Positions 35,481 to 48,620 of a stretch of 64,000 bases of DNA are shown here, piece after piece. This stretch comes from Dicyema japonicum (Eukaryota; Animalia; Dicyemida): the NCBI GenBank assembly GCA_011109175.1, contig RDEW01000053.1, forward strand, positions 124,001 to 188,000, written 5' to 3'. A program made the position numbers and the translations under genes. The notes under the pieces were generated by a model. The model made no database searches. It was not told where the DNA came from and saw only the letters and a program-made list of their open reading frames with translations. Within the stretch, counting starts at the first letter, position 1; each line of letters begins with the position of its first letter.

Positions 35481-35972
35481 ATGCTGGGAAATTGTTCGGA
35501 AGATGGTCAAGGGGGAGGAACCTGTTATTTACAATCCTACAAAGAGTCAGGAACAAATAACTCACTTTACGTCAAAAACAGCTGTTTGTATTTAAGAATT
35601 TGTCATTCTGATTATGACTATGAACCAGAAAACCTTGAAACAGTAAAGGCCATATACTCTGATGAGATAAAAGTCATCTCCCAGATTCCTTCTTATAAAT
35701 CCTTTACATTGGAGAGCATATTGGGGACCCCTAAGCCGTTAGAAAGTCTTCATGATGCGAATTTTGAGTCGAGTGAAAAGGAGGAAAAGAAACGCATAGC
35801 AAACAGATTGGCTGCTCGTCGTTGCAGACAGAAAAAAATTGATAAAATCGTCCAACTGGGGGAGAAAATAAAATACCTCGAATACCAGATAGGACAGTTA
35901 AATTTATTAGGTGAAATTTCCTCATGTCAGCTCATGGATGACTTGTACTCATCGTACTGTGACAATCAGTAA
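35481..35972 (+). CDS. bZIP transcription factor, Jun/AP-1-like
   Basis: Basic region EKKRIANRLAARRCRQKKIDKI (invariant N and R), followed by a leucine heptad L-x6-L-x6-L near the C-terminus. Confidence 0.8.
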   Translation: MLGNCSEDGQGGGTCYLQSYKESGTNNSLYVKNSCLYLRICHSDYDYEPENLETVKAIYSDEIKVISQIPSYKSFTLESILGTPKPLESLHDANFESSEKEEKKRIANRLAARRCRQKKIDKIVQLGEKIKYLEYQIGQLNLLGEISSCQLMDDLYSSYCDNQ

Positions 35973-36089
35973 CCATTTACCAAAATTTATTTTTTAATGG
36001 TGTTTATTCTCTCAAAAATAATTTAATTTTAAAGAGGGGGATCAACAATCACACACCTAAATACACTAAATAAGTTCATAACAAAAGAT

Positions 36090-37056
36090 TAGGACAGAAA
36101 AAGACGATTGTATGCTCAATTGATATCCAGAAGGCTTTTGATTCGGTTTCGAGGAAAATTATCACGTACAAAATATATTGATGCAAACCTGGAATTGTGG
36201 TTGCGAAATTTCTTGAGTGGTCGACTATGGCAATCGATGTTCTGTATCTAGACTATTAGCAAATGACGTTCCCCAAGATTCCCCATTATCTCCCCTCTTG
36301 TTTAACGTTTTGATGGATTGCCACTCCTCAGGAGGACGATTACAAATTATTAACATATGCTGATGATATAGTCATTGCCTCGAGGGATGAGAGTATTGTG
36401 TAAGCAACAAGAAGAATGCAGGACAATCTGAATAAATTAAGTTTATGGCTTTGGGAAATCAATTGATTGCTAGCCCGGAGAAGTCCGTGTTGACCCTATT
36501 CACGACAAACAGAAGAGTATCAATTGACGTCACACTAGATGGGAAGATTATCCCGCAAAACAAATACCATAAATCCTGGGAGTTACCTTTGACACCTTCT
36601 TAACCTTTACAAAACATGTCGAAAACATGTTATTGACTTGTACGAAAAAAATCAACTTCCTGAAGGCGTTCTTGGGAAACCTAAGAGACAAAAAAGATCT
36701 GAGTGGTCTGGATGTCATATACAAACAGTTCATCGAGGCTACAATAGGATACGCATGTAATGTCTGGGGATCTAACCTTGCTGCAACGAATTTCGAATCT
36801 GCAACATTCAAGTGATCGCAGCAAACCTACTAAGGAAATATTCCCGTGTGGAAAATCTATCCAGAAACTAGAAAATATGATAGAGAACAGTGTCCCTGCG
36901 AAGGACTTGAGTATGCGGCCCCCGTCCATATCGGAAATGCGCAGGAACGCAGTCGGAACACCGAGAAAAAATGAGGAGACTTTTGAGGGAGGATGGGATC
37001 ACCTGAAATTTGTTATTTTGGATATGACGGTGGCTTTTTTTGGTTCAATAAAATAA
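36090..37056 (+). mobile_element. 5'-truncated LINE RT pseudogene (Jockey/I-like)
   Basis: LDIQKAFDSV, PQDSPLSPLLFNV, LTYADD, KSVLTLFT, LGVTFD, YKQFI...IGYACNVW. The 3' end reads EGGWDHLKF. Confidence 0.85.
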
Positions 37057-38679
37057 ACCAGCCAGCCAAACAGTTAGTTTAGCGGATGGTAAAAGTACAT
37101 CCAAATGGACCGAATAATGGACTCGGGAGGCATTGGATACATAAATTTTCGAAACCAAAAAGTTTCAAAAAAACCAAATTGTTAATGACAATATTAATAG
37201 AGTGGTTAACATTATCTGTCAAGTGTTGAAGTAAATTACACTTGTCCTATATTGAATAGAAGACATTCGTTCAATAACGTGGTGTCATGTGATCCATCTT
37301 TTTAGTGGAGTTCAGTGCCAGGACGGCATTAAATTCATTTGCTTTCCTTCTCTTCACTTGATCACTCCTTAGAGGGGTTCTCACAACCGTGATTCTGGAT
37401 GGACTTGTCTTTTGAAGGAATTATCTTTGCATAAATGTGACCGTGGAAACACTTGTTTCATGTTGACTTGTTTTCCAGTGTATCTGGTCCTTTAATTCGG
37501 AGGCGGAGTTTACAGGAGGTCTGCATCCCAGTATTTGTGTGACCCTCGGATTAAAAATGGTGAAACTTAGTGCCAGAACAAATGACACTGCACCGAAAGT
37601 GGACATAATAAACAATACTTGCCGTCTTTTCTCTGTCTAATCTGCAGCAGAGCAAGTCGCTATTCTATGCTTGGATACCTTGGGTGCTACAAGCTAACAA
37701 TAAAGACCACACAATATGGCAAATTAGTCAAGCCCTTCATACCTTGGGTAATGCAGAAGGCGGAAGGAGCTCTCCTTTTGATCTGTCCTGGACCTATCTA
37801 ACAGGATAAATTTCTATGCCACTTGAATCAGCATGTGTTGGAGAGTCATCCTCAGGATCCAAAGGTCGTCGCGTCTAACAGCTGCCTCTTGTCTTTTAAA
37901 GCTACCAGGGTAGTCGATGATAATAATCAAGATGCCTAGACTCCACCTTCTCTACTTTGCACTTCTTGTCTTCGGATCACATCCAACCGAACTGAAAAAA
38001 AGGAACCGCAAATCAAGAGAAATTACTCTAAATACGAAACTGATAACATGGCGACTGCACTGGTGAGTCACCTGATTATTCAGGGTCAAAAAAGACAAGC
38101 CAGATCTACGTCTTAAGTGAACAATAAGATCATGGTCAGAGACATCTGGGGAGGCCTGCATACGCTCTCCAGCAACGACAAAGTTCTTTTACCAACAAAA
38201 GAAATACTCAAGCACAAAAAAACATCCGCCTGCCGCAGTGGATCTACGCGAAACGAAAATTGGAAGGAAATTCCACATTTGACAACCACCACAGGTTATA
38301 TACGATCTGCTATTTCATCATTCCCAGGAAGCCTCACGGACAGGTCCCAGCAAACAAAAGGCCTGACGGGACAACTCTTCCCATGAGAAAGTGGTTGATA
38401 CCTGCTTTGGACGTCATGACTGCAACTAACCCAGAATCAGGCCGAGACTTTAAAAATGAAGAAATGACAATGTATCGGTGGACAGTTTATTTTTGAGCCA
38501 GTTGCCATGGAATCGTCAGAAATCAAAAGAAACAGGTAAACTGACCTTGCTACAAAGAATCGAGTCCCTTAACGATAGAATAAAAATGAACTGGCTCATT
38601 GAGAACGCATTTCCTTGGAAATCGTCAGAGGAAATGCGTTCTCAATTCTGAGAGAGTCAGTGATTGTCAACTTTGTTTT

Positions 38680-38900
38680 TGTCAATTTAATAACCAGAAA
38701 AGCACTGTCATAACTATAATGAAAAAAAATTCAGGTGATCCCAGCCTCCCTCAGCAGTCTTCGCATGCTCGGACTTGAAGGAAGTGCTTTCCATGGAACT
38801 CCTATGGACGGTTGACTAATGTTCCTTTTTGGATATAATTTGTGGTTATATGGTGAAACGCATGACGCACGCTAACAATTCAAACTCTCGTAGCCAAAAA
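38680..38900 (-). mobile_element. 3' fragment of the LINE family at 36090
   Basis: KSEHAKTAEGGWDHLNF. Nearly the same DNA as 41200-41450, and related to 25840-25930. Confidence 0.65.
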
Positions 38901-39099
38901 GGAAGAGAAAAAACAGAAGAAACAAACAAGAATCTTCAATTTAAGTATTCACATAGCACCACACTAACGTTGGCTCCACATGGCATAGTTGCCAACGAAT
39001 AAATTTAGTTTTGAATGGAAAGCTTTCATTTAGACAAATATTGGGTTCTTTAAAGGTTTAAAAAGTAAAAGAGAAATGCAGAATATTGGCTTTCCATAA

Positions 39100-40552
39100 T
39101 CGGTGTCGCGATATGACAACTCTGAGTACCTGGTGTTTTTAGTTGACTTTATAAATCCGAAATTTTGACCTTTTTTGACTTTATGATAAATTTATCTACA
39201 AAAAAATTTTTTAGTATAAAAAACTAATCAAAATCTTTATTAAAATACAAAATAATTTAATTCGATACGTTTCGGGTTTAAAATTTCGGTCTTTAGATAG
39301 TAATTTTCTTAATAAAGAAAAAGTTCTCTTAACAAATAATGATGTGGAAGGACCTTTTTTCAAATACACTTTTGTGATAGAAAACACTTGATTGACAATT
39401 AATCTTGATTCCAGTACTTACTGATTCCACATAAATCGTCCCCGAAATGCAATTTCTAAATGGTGTTCAGCCGTCTTCACGATCTTAGCAAAATCCATAG
39501 AACATCGTCAATTATCTGAGCGATAATCGAAGAGTTAGCCGCAACAGACACTGACGACAAGACATTAAAAATACCAATAAGTGACATATTTCTGTCCTCG
39601 GATATCAGTTTCGTCAATCAAAACAAAAATTTTTTCAGATCTATAATAAATGCAAATAAAACCTAAAAAATTGCTTAATTCTGTCAAGCTGCTTCTGGCA
39701 TAAATTTTTTATACTTTTTCGCCAAGTGTGAGTAGAAGGAAGATTATGTCCAATACTCTCAAACAAGTCTCGTAAGCTTTTACTGTTCAGCTTATGCAAG
39801 GGAATATAGGATTCGACAACAACCTTAGTGATTTCATCGACCCATGTGTCGGTAGATGGGTCGATAGTTAGTTTTGTAGTATTGACATTTGTAAAACAGT
39901 AATAAAAATAATAAACCAGCTAATTTGATTTGCTTCTTAGACGATCGATTCAATAAAAATTGTTTTTTGCAGTTACAAAATAGAAAATTCATTGGTGTAT
40001 TTTCTAACAACAGACTTATTCATTTCAATTTCATTCTTGGTTGAACGCGGAATCACAGAGAATAATGATAATTGATACCACGCTAGTATTTTTTTAAACT
40101 CGAAAAATTAAAAAATAAAATTCAATAAAACTTTTGACTTTATTGACCTAAAAATTAAATTTTGATTTTTTTGACATTACCCAAAATTTTGACTTTTTTG
40201 ACTTTATAACTTTTGATTAATATAATATTTTTTTAAATGACAATTATTTAACAAAAAAAACAAATGTTAGTTGAGGAAGCCGGCTGCGTAGAACGAATTC
40301 CCTCGGAGTATGGCCATACCAATCTTTTGTCTCAGTCATAACCCTTCTCGTTGATCCCCTTTCTTTCTGGCAAGCATTCCTCCGAGTTCGCGCAAGAACT
40401 CAGCCGTCATTGGACCAACGGCTCCCGATGACTCGGCCGCAACAGGAGTAAATCGGTAATATAATATTTTTTTAAAAACTACATTTTTGTAAGTTTTAAA
40501 CAATTTTAAAGAACATAAGAATTTTTGACTTTATTGACAAAAATCGCCCTAA
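39100..40552 (-). mobile_element. Decayed hAT-like DNA transposon with subterminal TTTTGACTTT repeats
   Basis: Minus frames give LPSTHT...IFVLIDETDI, like CGGBP1-type hAT transposases. TTTTGACTTT recurs near 39170, 40132, 40188 and 40522. Interrupted by the CRE fragment at 40267. Confidence 0.4.
40267..40458 (-). mobile_element. 3' end of CRE-like subfamily
   Basis: YRFTPVAAESSGAVGPMTAEFLRELGGMLARK...IGMAILRGNSF...AAGFLN*. Near-identical to 44754-44951. Confidence 0.85.
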
Positions 40553-41196
40553 TTATAACTGATTATCTGTGTTTACACGATCGATGTAGAAATATCCAAG
40601 AAAATCGATCACTTAAAACATCAAACGTATTGAATGATTGGAAAAGAAAGAAAAGCGGACTAAATAACATCGATATTACAAATAAAATTTCATATTCGAA
40701 CTAAATTTAAAAAATAGTACTGTGATGGAGCATCCACCATCCCCATTTCCTAAGATGAAAAAAAAGCAAAGCAGGATTCCAAAACTAGAAGAAAGCCAAA
40801 ATAATAAGGATAATAATATTATTGAAGAAAATGACTTGGAGAATGAAAATTCAATAATTTCTCAATAACTTTAATTAAATATTACTAATTTTTAAATTAT
40901 TAGTTATTGATTGGAGAGAAAATATGCTAATTTATGGCATAAGTGTAGATGTCAGAGATTCAGAAATGTTGCTGCGTCAAATCCAGTCGACTACAAATTA
41001 AATGTTATGAGATAGCTACTGTGTTGTACTTTGTATGAAAAGTCGGCAACCCCAATTAATTGAAGATTTCAAAGGGGTAGCAAGCTTCTATTCATATTCT
41101 GATAAGAATCAGTTTTTGATGCCCCTCTGCTACAACAGTAATTTTCCTTTTGCGAGTGAAGGTTAAATTTAAATTTATTGAATCGAAAAAACACCG

Positions 41197-41450
41197 TCAT
41201 AGCCAGAATGAAATATTCAGGTGATCACGGCCTCCCTCAGCAGTCTTCGCATGCTCGGACTTGAAGAAAGTGCCGTCCAGGGGAACTCCTCTGGATGGTT
41301 GTTGACTAATGGTCCTTTGTGAATATAATTTAGGATTAATCTGGCGCCACCAGAGATGGTGGACCACATGACTCACACTAACAATTGAAGCTCCCTGGAG
41401 CCAAAAGAGAAGAGGAGGAACATAAAAATCAAGCAAATAATCTTCAATTC
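41197..41450 (-). mobile_element. 3' fragment of the LINE family at 36090
   Basis: KSEHAKTAEGGRDHLNI, homologous to 38680-38900. Confidence 0.65.
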
Positions 41451-41999
41451 ATGTAGCCACAGTATCATACTAACTTTGCAACTGAAGGTTAACTTGATGT
41501 CAGCTAGAAGCAGCAGAGAAGACACATGACCAGTAAATAGTATTAATAATTTATTTTATTTCCATTAAAAAATTAAATTTAAATAATAAAAATCTAAAAA
41601 TATAGCCTTTCGGGAACAATAGCTTGGTGGTCATTATTAACAAACGAACTATTTGACGGTAAGGAAGACAAGTTGGATCGCTAAGGACGCAAATAGTTTT
41701 TCCACGAACACGCAACTCCCATGAAAGCCAACTGAAATATTAGGAAGTCACAAATTCAAAAATGATAAAAATATATTTGAAATTTTAGGATATTTGGAAA
41801 ACATTAAAAAAACTATTGAACTTATTGAATAAGAAAAAAATACAAAGGGAGTTAAAAAGGAATTCTTAGATGGACAACCCCCATAGAATGTTGTGGTAAA
41901 ATAATTCTGAAATCAACGAGATTAAGGTGAAACTAGGAAATGTAGCGATAATCGTGTTTGCCCTTAATACTCCAATAAGATAATCTGAGATAATAAGAT

Positions 42000-43200
42000 T
42001 ATTTTAGTTCATTGTATAATTTTTTGATGTCAGAGTCTTGATATTTATGAGTAGGGTTTGCATAGGCACTATTCAATCTGTAAATAATCAGCTCAATCAT
42101 ATCGCAGTTTTTCACAGTGGAGAGGCCAAACTCAACTTTCCGGATATTTCCCCATCCACTATATTTTACAATCAGCAGCACTCTGTTGACAAAACATGTA
42201 TTTTCAGACAATTCGCGACATCAAAATCGACTTTCATCAAAAATCCCCAGGTCCAGACGAAGTATATGTCCAAACAGTCTCCATCTTGTACGAAATCCCT
42301 GTGCTCCTCATTCTCTTGTAAAGAGCTGATTATGGCCTGCATGGTTCCAACGGGGAGAACATTGCTGAAGTAGAGATTTCAATGAGACAACGTGGTACCC
42401 TACAGTCCGCAGTAAATTGCCTTGTTTAGATTCCAAGGATGTCTGAAAATAACACTAAAGTCCTTAAGAGGTTCTTCTCCTTTGAGAATCATTGGATTTA
42501 CGAAGTTTCTTTTGCTTGGAATGACCATTTTTAATGCCGTCGGGCACTGGGGCCTTCTGAGACAGGAGGATCATATTATGCGACGTTCACTAAAAGAAAA
42601 GATCCTTTAACCAACGGAAGAACCCAGGAGCATCATTACAGGTATGATGCAATCCCAACCACTCGGCTACTCGGTCGACAATCATGAAGTTTGTCTTAAC
42701 ATTCGGTTAGGGGTACTCTGCTTAGATTCATACAAGCAAATCAAGGAAACCGTTATTTTAATCTTCCTTCGTAATGTGACATATTATTAACATCCTCCTA
42801 TCCTAATCAAGGATCTGACAATTGTTGGGTCATACGAGATTCGAATGAGGTAAGGCTCGTTTAGTTTAACAGAGGACCGAGTGATGACCGACACAGTATC
42901 TCAAATCACTCTTTCAGAACCCGACTGCTTATTTTCGGCTCAGATTATTATTAATCGTTACTCAGCCCAGTCAATCATATGTCATTTTTTGCACGTGCCA
43001 CCAGACAGTGCTTAAATATCACATCTCCCATCTCATAGAGGAAGCATCCCCAATTCCTGAATATAGCCATTGGAATCAAATTCCTAAAACATCGATAATA
43101 ATCAACAATTTTTATGCAAGAAAATCACCCACACTGTGACCCATAATTTTAGGCAGATTGGTTGTATTTGAAAGGAACTCCATAAATATTTAACGACGTG
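42000..43200 (-). mobile_element. Decayed Penelope-like element (RT thumb to GIY-YIG)
   Basis: NNGFLDLLV resembles the NNxLPFLD motif. Downstream EEHRDFVQD is shared with 35046-35438. Confidence 0.4.
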
Positions 43201-43258
43201 TCATTCCTTTTGGGGGAACATCTAATCTTGTTGGGACAGTCAGATGAACGTCGTACGT

Positions 43259-43937
43259 CTACACGTCTTGTAGCCATCCTCTGCACTTTTGGGGTTTATT
43301 GGGTAAAATATTTATGTTGAGCTGAAAAAATTTGTCGTAAATGGCAAAGTTGTTTTTTGCTAGTTTGCTGTGGGACATTTTGTAGTGTCTTGAGAGAAAC
43401 GAAGTCATCAAGGGACTAGGGAAATCGAAGGCCAGCGAAGCTACCTCAATTCCTTCTTCCTGAAACAAATTTGAATATCGTTGACCTACTTTAAGCATAT
43501 AATCAAAAAGAAGTCTTCCATATCCCAGCCGTCTAACAGATTGGTGAATAAAGAAGTCGAGTAAGCACAGTGGTGAGTACTGTCCGAGGCTAAAGTTTTG
43601 ATCATACAAAAATAACGATCGGTACCCAACCTTAATGAAACCCACAACTCTGACATACAAACAAATAATAACCTATTTTCCGATTCTGTCCTCATTATGT
43701 ACAAAACGTCGTTTTTCGACATAACCGCGGTCACCGTGGTCAACACACGTGAAAGTCGCTGAGCCTATGAATCAGAAAAGAAGGGGACCGCAGCAGACAA
43801 ACGACCCATAGCATCGACTATTTGGTACAATTTTCTACTTTGAGTTTAAAATCCTACTCATTCCTTAGCAGACTTTGCTTATTGATTCGATTTATTCGAT
43901 TTGGAAGGACGTCTGATATTTGGAACGGAAATTCCAT
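43259..43937 (-). CDS. ATAT1: Alpha-tubulin N-acetyltransferase 1 (MEC-17)
   Basis: MEFPFQISDVLP...IVDAMGRLSAA|AQRL...VVGFIKVGYRSLF...PLCLLDFFIHQSVRRLGYGRLLFDYML...LAFDFPS...FLSRHY...NNFAIYDKFF. Introns 43857-43838 (20 nt), 43788-43765 (24 nt), 43672-43650 (23 nt), plus an in-frame one of about 30 nt. Confidence 0.96.
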
Positions 43938-44611
43938 GGAAATATTTTATTGTAAGTTTTAAAAATTTTAAATTAAATAAAATTTAAATCAAAAATTTAA
44001 AATATAGGATTTAATGTTGTCTCTATTTCATTGTTAAATATCTAATTGCTGGATTATTCTATTGGAGGATCACCACACGAAGCTATCTCTCTTCTTGGAG
44101 AAATTCTCTCTAAGTTTGGCCATCTCCGTTCACTTCTAGTGAGTTATTTGAGTAGTCGGTAATCGTGGCTGGGAGTTTGAAGGGTGGTTTACCACTGCTT
44201 AGTGATGTTAGTCCAATTAACTAACTATTGGGTATCCCTATGGATGTTTCCTTTTCTCTTCTCTGGTTCTGAATGGACTTTGTGTGGTCTTGGGGATGAC
44301 TGGTCACTGTCAGGGACTGTGGTAACTCGATTCTATTATTAACTTGCTTTTCAGTGTGTTAAAACATACTTCCATAATCATGCTACAGAATTCTCATCAA
44401 CTATAAGAGACCAAGGTCAGAAAGCTATCTTATGTTTTTTCGACTCACTCTGCTGCATGGACTCGGGTTTTTTTTAAAAACAGGTGTAAACATAATTCAT
44501 GATGTGATATTACCGAAATTCACTCTTCGTTAACCATCAATATCAGTAGAATCTTTCTTTTGATGCTTTACGAAGGTGCGAGCTTGGAAAATTTTATTAA
44601 ATCAATAGGAC

Positions 44612-45088
44612 AATTTCCCGACTAATAGCTTAACTTTCCCGATCAATAGCGTAACTAAATTTTTATGGTTAAAAAACAAAAAATTATGTAACAAATTATT
44701 CCACGATAATCGGTAATACCGAAACATTTTTCTAAAAAAACCAGGTTTTCCGGTACCGATTTACTCCTGTTGCGGTCGAGTCATCGGGAGCCGTTGGTCC
44801 AATGACTGCTGAGTTCTTGCGCGAACTCTGAGGAATGCTTGCCAGAAAGAAAAGGGATCAACGAGAAGGGTTATATTTGAGACAAAAGATCGGAATGGCC
44901 ACACTCCTAGGAAACTCGTTTGTTATCCACGCAGCCGGCTTCCTCAAATAATTTATAAAATATTCTTAATTTCATGAGTTTCAAAATGTTCTTTTATCCA
45001 AAAAATATATATACCCTCATCTAACTTCAATGACTAGAAAGTGAGGCTCTGATCGGGAAAGTTACGTTAATGATCGGGAAACCCAATA
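44612..45088. mobile_element. MITE-like element with inverted subterminal repeats, hosting a CRE 3' fragment
   Basis: TTTCCCGATCAATAGCGTAAC (about 44635) is inverted as GTTACGTTAATGATCGGGAAA (about 45061). The core TTTCCCGA occurs twice on each side. Confidence 0.5.
44754..44951 (+). mobile_element. 3' end of CRE-like subfamily
   Basis: Starts TACCGATTTACTCCTGTTGCGG like 40458 and ends GGCTTCCTCAAATAA. Confidence 0.85.
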
Positions 45089-45489
45089 ATCAAATTAAAA
45101 TTTAAGCATTAACATTAGGCCTTTCTAATGGAGAAGAGTTTTTTACGATTGTTATGAGACAAGTTATCGTGTCTCATGTTGACTAGTGACCTATTGGATC
45201 ATTGATCGGACTGACAAGGTCGTCCACTTATGGCCCAAGGATTCCCGACGTTTCTTCACTATAAAAAAGAAGTAGTCTTCAAAATATTTAATAAAAAGTT
45301 CTATTCTTTCGTTGTGATACTTACGCTGTGTCTGGAATCGAAGCCTACTCCTCCTTTTGAAAATCGTCGACCCGAATGAAAGCAAAGTTGATTACATTTA
45401 TGGAATCTTTGGAGGTATTTGCCTCAGAGTTATTTGTACCTTTGGAAACTGCAACAACCTTATCGTCCTCGGGGCCTGAAAGTCTTCAT

Positions 45490-45717
45490 TCATTGATGGA
45501 AGGAAATCTGCCGCAGTTCTCACTGTGTATCGAGACAAACGAAATACGCAGCTGAGACATTCTTTTGAGGAAAAATAATATCCAAGCTATTCGTTTCTGT
45601 ACATCTAACGACATCACTCGTCATACAGGAACCTTCAGCTGAAGCATACACAGCAAGATTCGAACCCTGGCCATCAGGACTTTGTCCAGCACTTATGACA
45701 CTACACCATCCCGACTT
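45490..45717 (-). mobile_element. tRNA-derived SINE, copy 2
   Basis: GTCGGGATGGTGTAGTG (A-box-like), GGGTTCGAATCTTGCTG (B-box), GAAGGTTCC, TGACGAGTGATGTCGT and ACTGCGG are shared with 15670. Confidence 0.75.
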
Positions 45718-46829
45718 AAACGACATTACAACGCATTTAAGAGCGGTCCTCGAGATTCCATAATCGAAGCTTGCCTTCTCAGGACCTAAAAATTATCATA
45801 ATTGTAAACTCTTGTTGAGCATCCATGCGCAGTGATCTTCGGGAAATACAATCTCAAATACAGAATCGGCGTGCAACAAGGAAACATGCTAGGACCTTCA
45901 CTATTTGCTTTTGAGACTGACCTGGTGACTTTCACATTCAGAACACCGCCTAACGTCAGGTATCCCATTCAATGATGTCAGGTCCATCCTCTCTGTACTC
46001 GAACGAGAACCAAATCCTTCCAAATAAAAGGTCATAAACGTGTATGCTCAAAAAACAACTTTTCCCAAGCATAATCAACGATTACTGGTTTTCTTTTTGT
46101 CGTCGATTGTCGAAAGTCGCAGTGGTGACGTACCGGTTGTGTACGGAATTTCTACTTAGCTCCATGTAACCTTTGTCCTTTTCCTTGAACAAGTTGACGG
46201 ACTGAGAACCATCAGAAACCCAAAGTCATGAGAACCCAATGAGCTAGGCTGATCATCCATCAGAACATAAATAGGATGATTTGTCTAATAAGCGCCTAGC
46301 TAAGATTGACGTCCAATCTTTTTCCTTGGTGGTTGCACAACAGGGTATCCTTTTCATGGAAATAAAACGGATGAGACTGAAGTGATAAAAATATTTTCTA
46401 GCGCATAAAAGTCAGAGGATTCGAAAGATAAGAAATAACAAGGTTGACAAGTGCTTGCTTCGCAAATGCTGCAATATTCTCTTGGCTTCAATTGACAAAG
46501 TAATATTGCACATTAGGCAATACGGCTTTGTTTCATCAATGGGACTTGGAATTAACAAAAATCTGCCTTGCCAACTACGGGCTGAACTCACCGATAATTT
46601 ATGTCACTGTCCGTACGTGGAACTCCACAAGAACCAATCGAAATAAAAATTAGTTCTCTGGATAATTCAGATTTTTCTGAGTTGAATGTTGTAATTTTTA
46701 GTTAAAATCGTTATTATTTTAAAAACATAAAGTAGCCAAAACCAGTCAATATGAATAAAGTGTCATTTTAGTGATATTTTATTATTCTTAATTAACAAAA
46801 AAACAATAATAATAATCGAATAAAGAAAA

Positions 46830-47075
46830 TCAATTGTAATTAACACTATGCAAGCTGAATTCTCCTCTTTTGGCATTGGCCCTTTGTATTACCCTCACTG
46901 TTCTCTTGTATACCACTTGAGAAAGCAAATCACTAGACAAGACAGCTGTTTCTCTTGGTTCCTCTTCGACGTCACCTCCGAGTTCAAAGCCTCTTGAGAT
47001 AAGATGATTAGTCACTCTTGTAACCTCATCATTATAGTTATCAACTTTCAGCCCATGTCTATGCTCGATTATCAT
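46830..47075 (-). mobile_element. Extreme 3' end of an R4/Dong-like element
   Basis: SMIIEHRHGLKVDNYNDE matches SMLIEHKHGMKVYDEE at about 1280-1330. Confidence 0.7.
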
Positions 47076-47115
47076 GCTCTAAATTTTTTTAAACTTAACT
47101 TATTATGTCTTGATA

Positions 47116-48620
47116 CAGTATGACCTCTATTTGGGGCACCTATTTAAAAAAAATGCCCCAAAACAGAGGTTTCCCAAAAATGGAGGTTCGGCATTTTCTT
47201 TAGATTTATCCACAGTTTAACAATTTAAATTTGCTTTTTATTAAATTTATAGATAAATAATGTTTTTTAATAAATTTTTCAGAATTATATTAAAAACAAA
47301 TTTATTTAACGATAGGAAAATAGTCTGTTAATTTCCCTCCGGTTGCGGATTTTTTTATTTGCATTCCTAATATTTTTCTGAAATTATAATAATCTTTCAA
47401 AGCTTCCAAATTGAAAATGTTCTCTTCAAGTGTATTCATCGCTGTTATTGTTTCCAAATGAGAATAGGTACATTTTACTCCGTCGTATTCATCATTTTCT
47501 ACTTCATTTTCAGTATATCTTTAATTATGTTATCTAAACTCTCCAATTCATTATTCACCAATGAGAGAGTTTGAAAACGACATCAATTTTCTTCCAACAA
47601 TTAGTAATTGATTCAGAGTGTATTTGTTGTCTTCCCAACAATAATGATCATTTGTCTGAGATTTACTTGCTTTAAATTCAACATTGTAAACTTATCATTT
47701 TCAAAAGATAGGGTAAAATCCATCAAATTATTTAAATAATTGCATTTGAATGATTGGCTTCAATTTTTCGCCACAAGCACTGACCTACAAAAGCATAGTG
47801 ACTTTTTCTTTACTCCTTTTAATTCCAAAACAATCTTCATCTGAAGGTACAAATGATTTTGATGTTATTCTTTTAATGTACAATCCCGTTTCATCGCAGT
47901 TGAAAATATTTTCAATGCCATAGTTATTGACATAGTCATCGTACAAAAAATTCCAAGGCAAGAAATATCACACGAATTTTTTTACCACTTATTGTCTGAC
48001 AAATTGTGTCTTTTCTTAAATTTTTCAAGCCAACCATTCTCTGAATGAGGTATAGTTCAAATTCCTAGCTACTTTTATAGCAATGTTTTTAAGAATAGGT
48101 CCTGAAACGGAATAAATTCTTCCTTGTTTTAAAAAAGCATTCATAACAATTTTATCGTTTCTGTGACAGACTGTCTCTTCTCTGTGAAATTTGACTAAGA
48201 CAATTTGATTGTACGGACCCATTATTTATAAAGTTCATTTATTTGTTTAATTCTAGATACTGCTCTACAATAGAATATCAGAATTTATAATTTTATTCTT
48301 TTGACAATATCTGCTCATGAAACATTTTCGTTGTTCTTGCAATTTAAGCTTTAACTCCAGAGTAAGTTTCCTCCCCATGACAACAAACGCAAATCTAGCA
48401 CGCGAAGTTTACATTTTATATAATTAAATTTAATATTAATTGCAAGACTTTATATAAATTAAAAAAAATTAAGTGCCTCACTAAGAGGTTCAGGTAATTT
48501 CCAAATTTGGAAATTACTGTATAAAAATGATCTAAATTTCAAACTGCCCAAAAACCTGGGGGTGCCCCAAAAATAGATGTGCCCCAATGAGGAGGTCCGC
48601 CCCAAATGGAGGTTGCACTG
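47116..48620 (-). mobile_element. Complete-ended pogo-type transposon (TIRs plus TA duplication), transposase decayed
   Basis: TIRs CAGTATGACCTCTATTTGGGGC and CAGTGCAACCTCCATTTGGGGC (18/22 identical). TA at 47114-47115 and 48621-48622. CENP-B HTH (VSGPILK...WL..FK.RH) and NIFNCDETGL. Confidence 0.92.

Noticed and set aside
38100-38500. Additional RLE element (KRPDG...LDV)
   Set aside because: It is a single short motif in broken frames, too weak to annotate.
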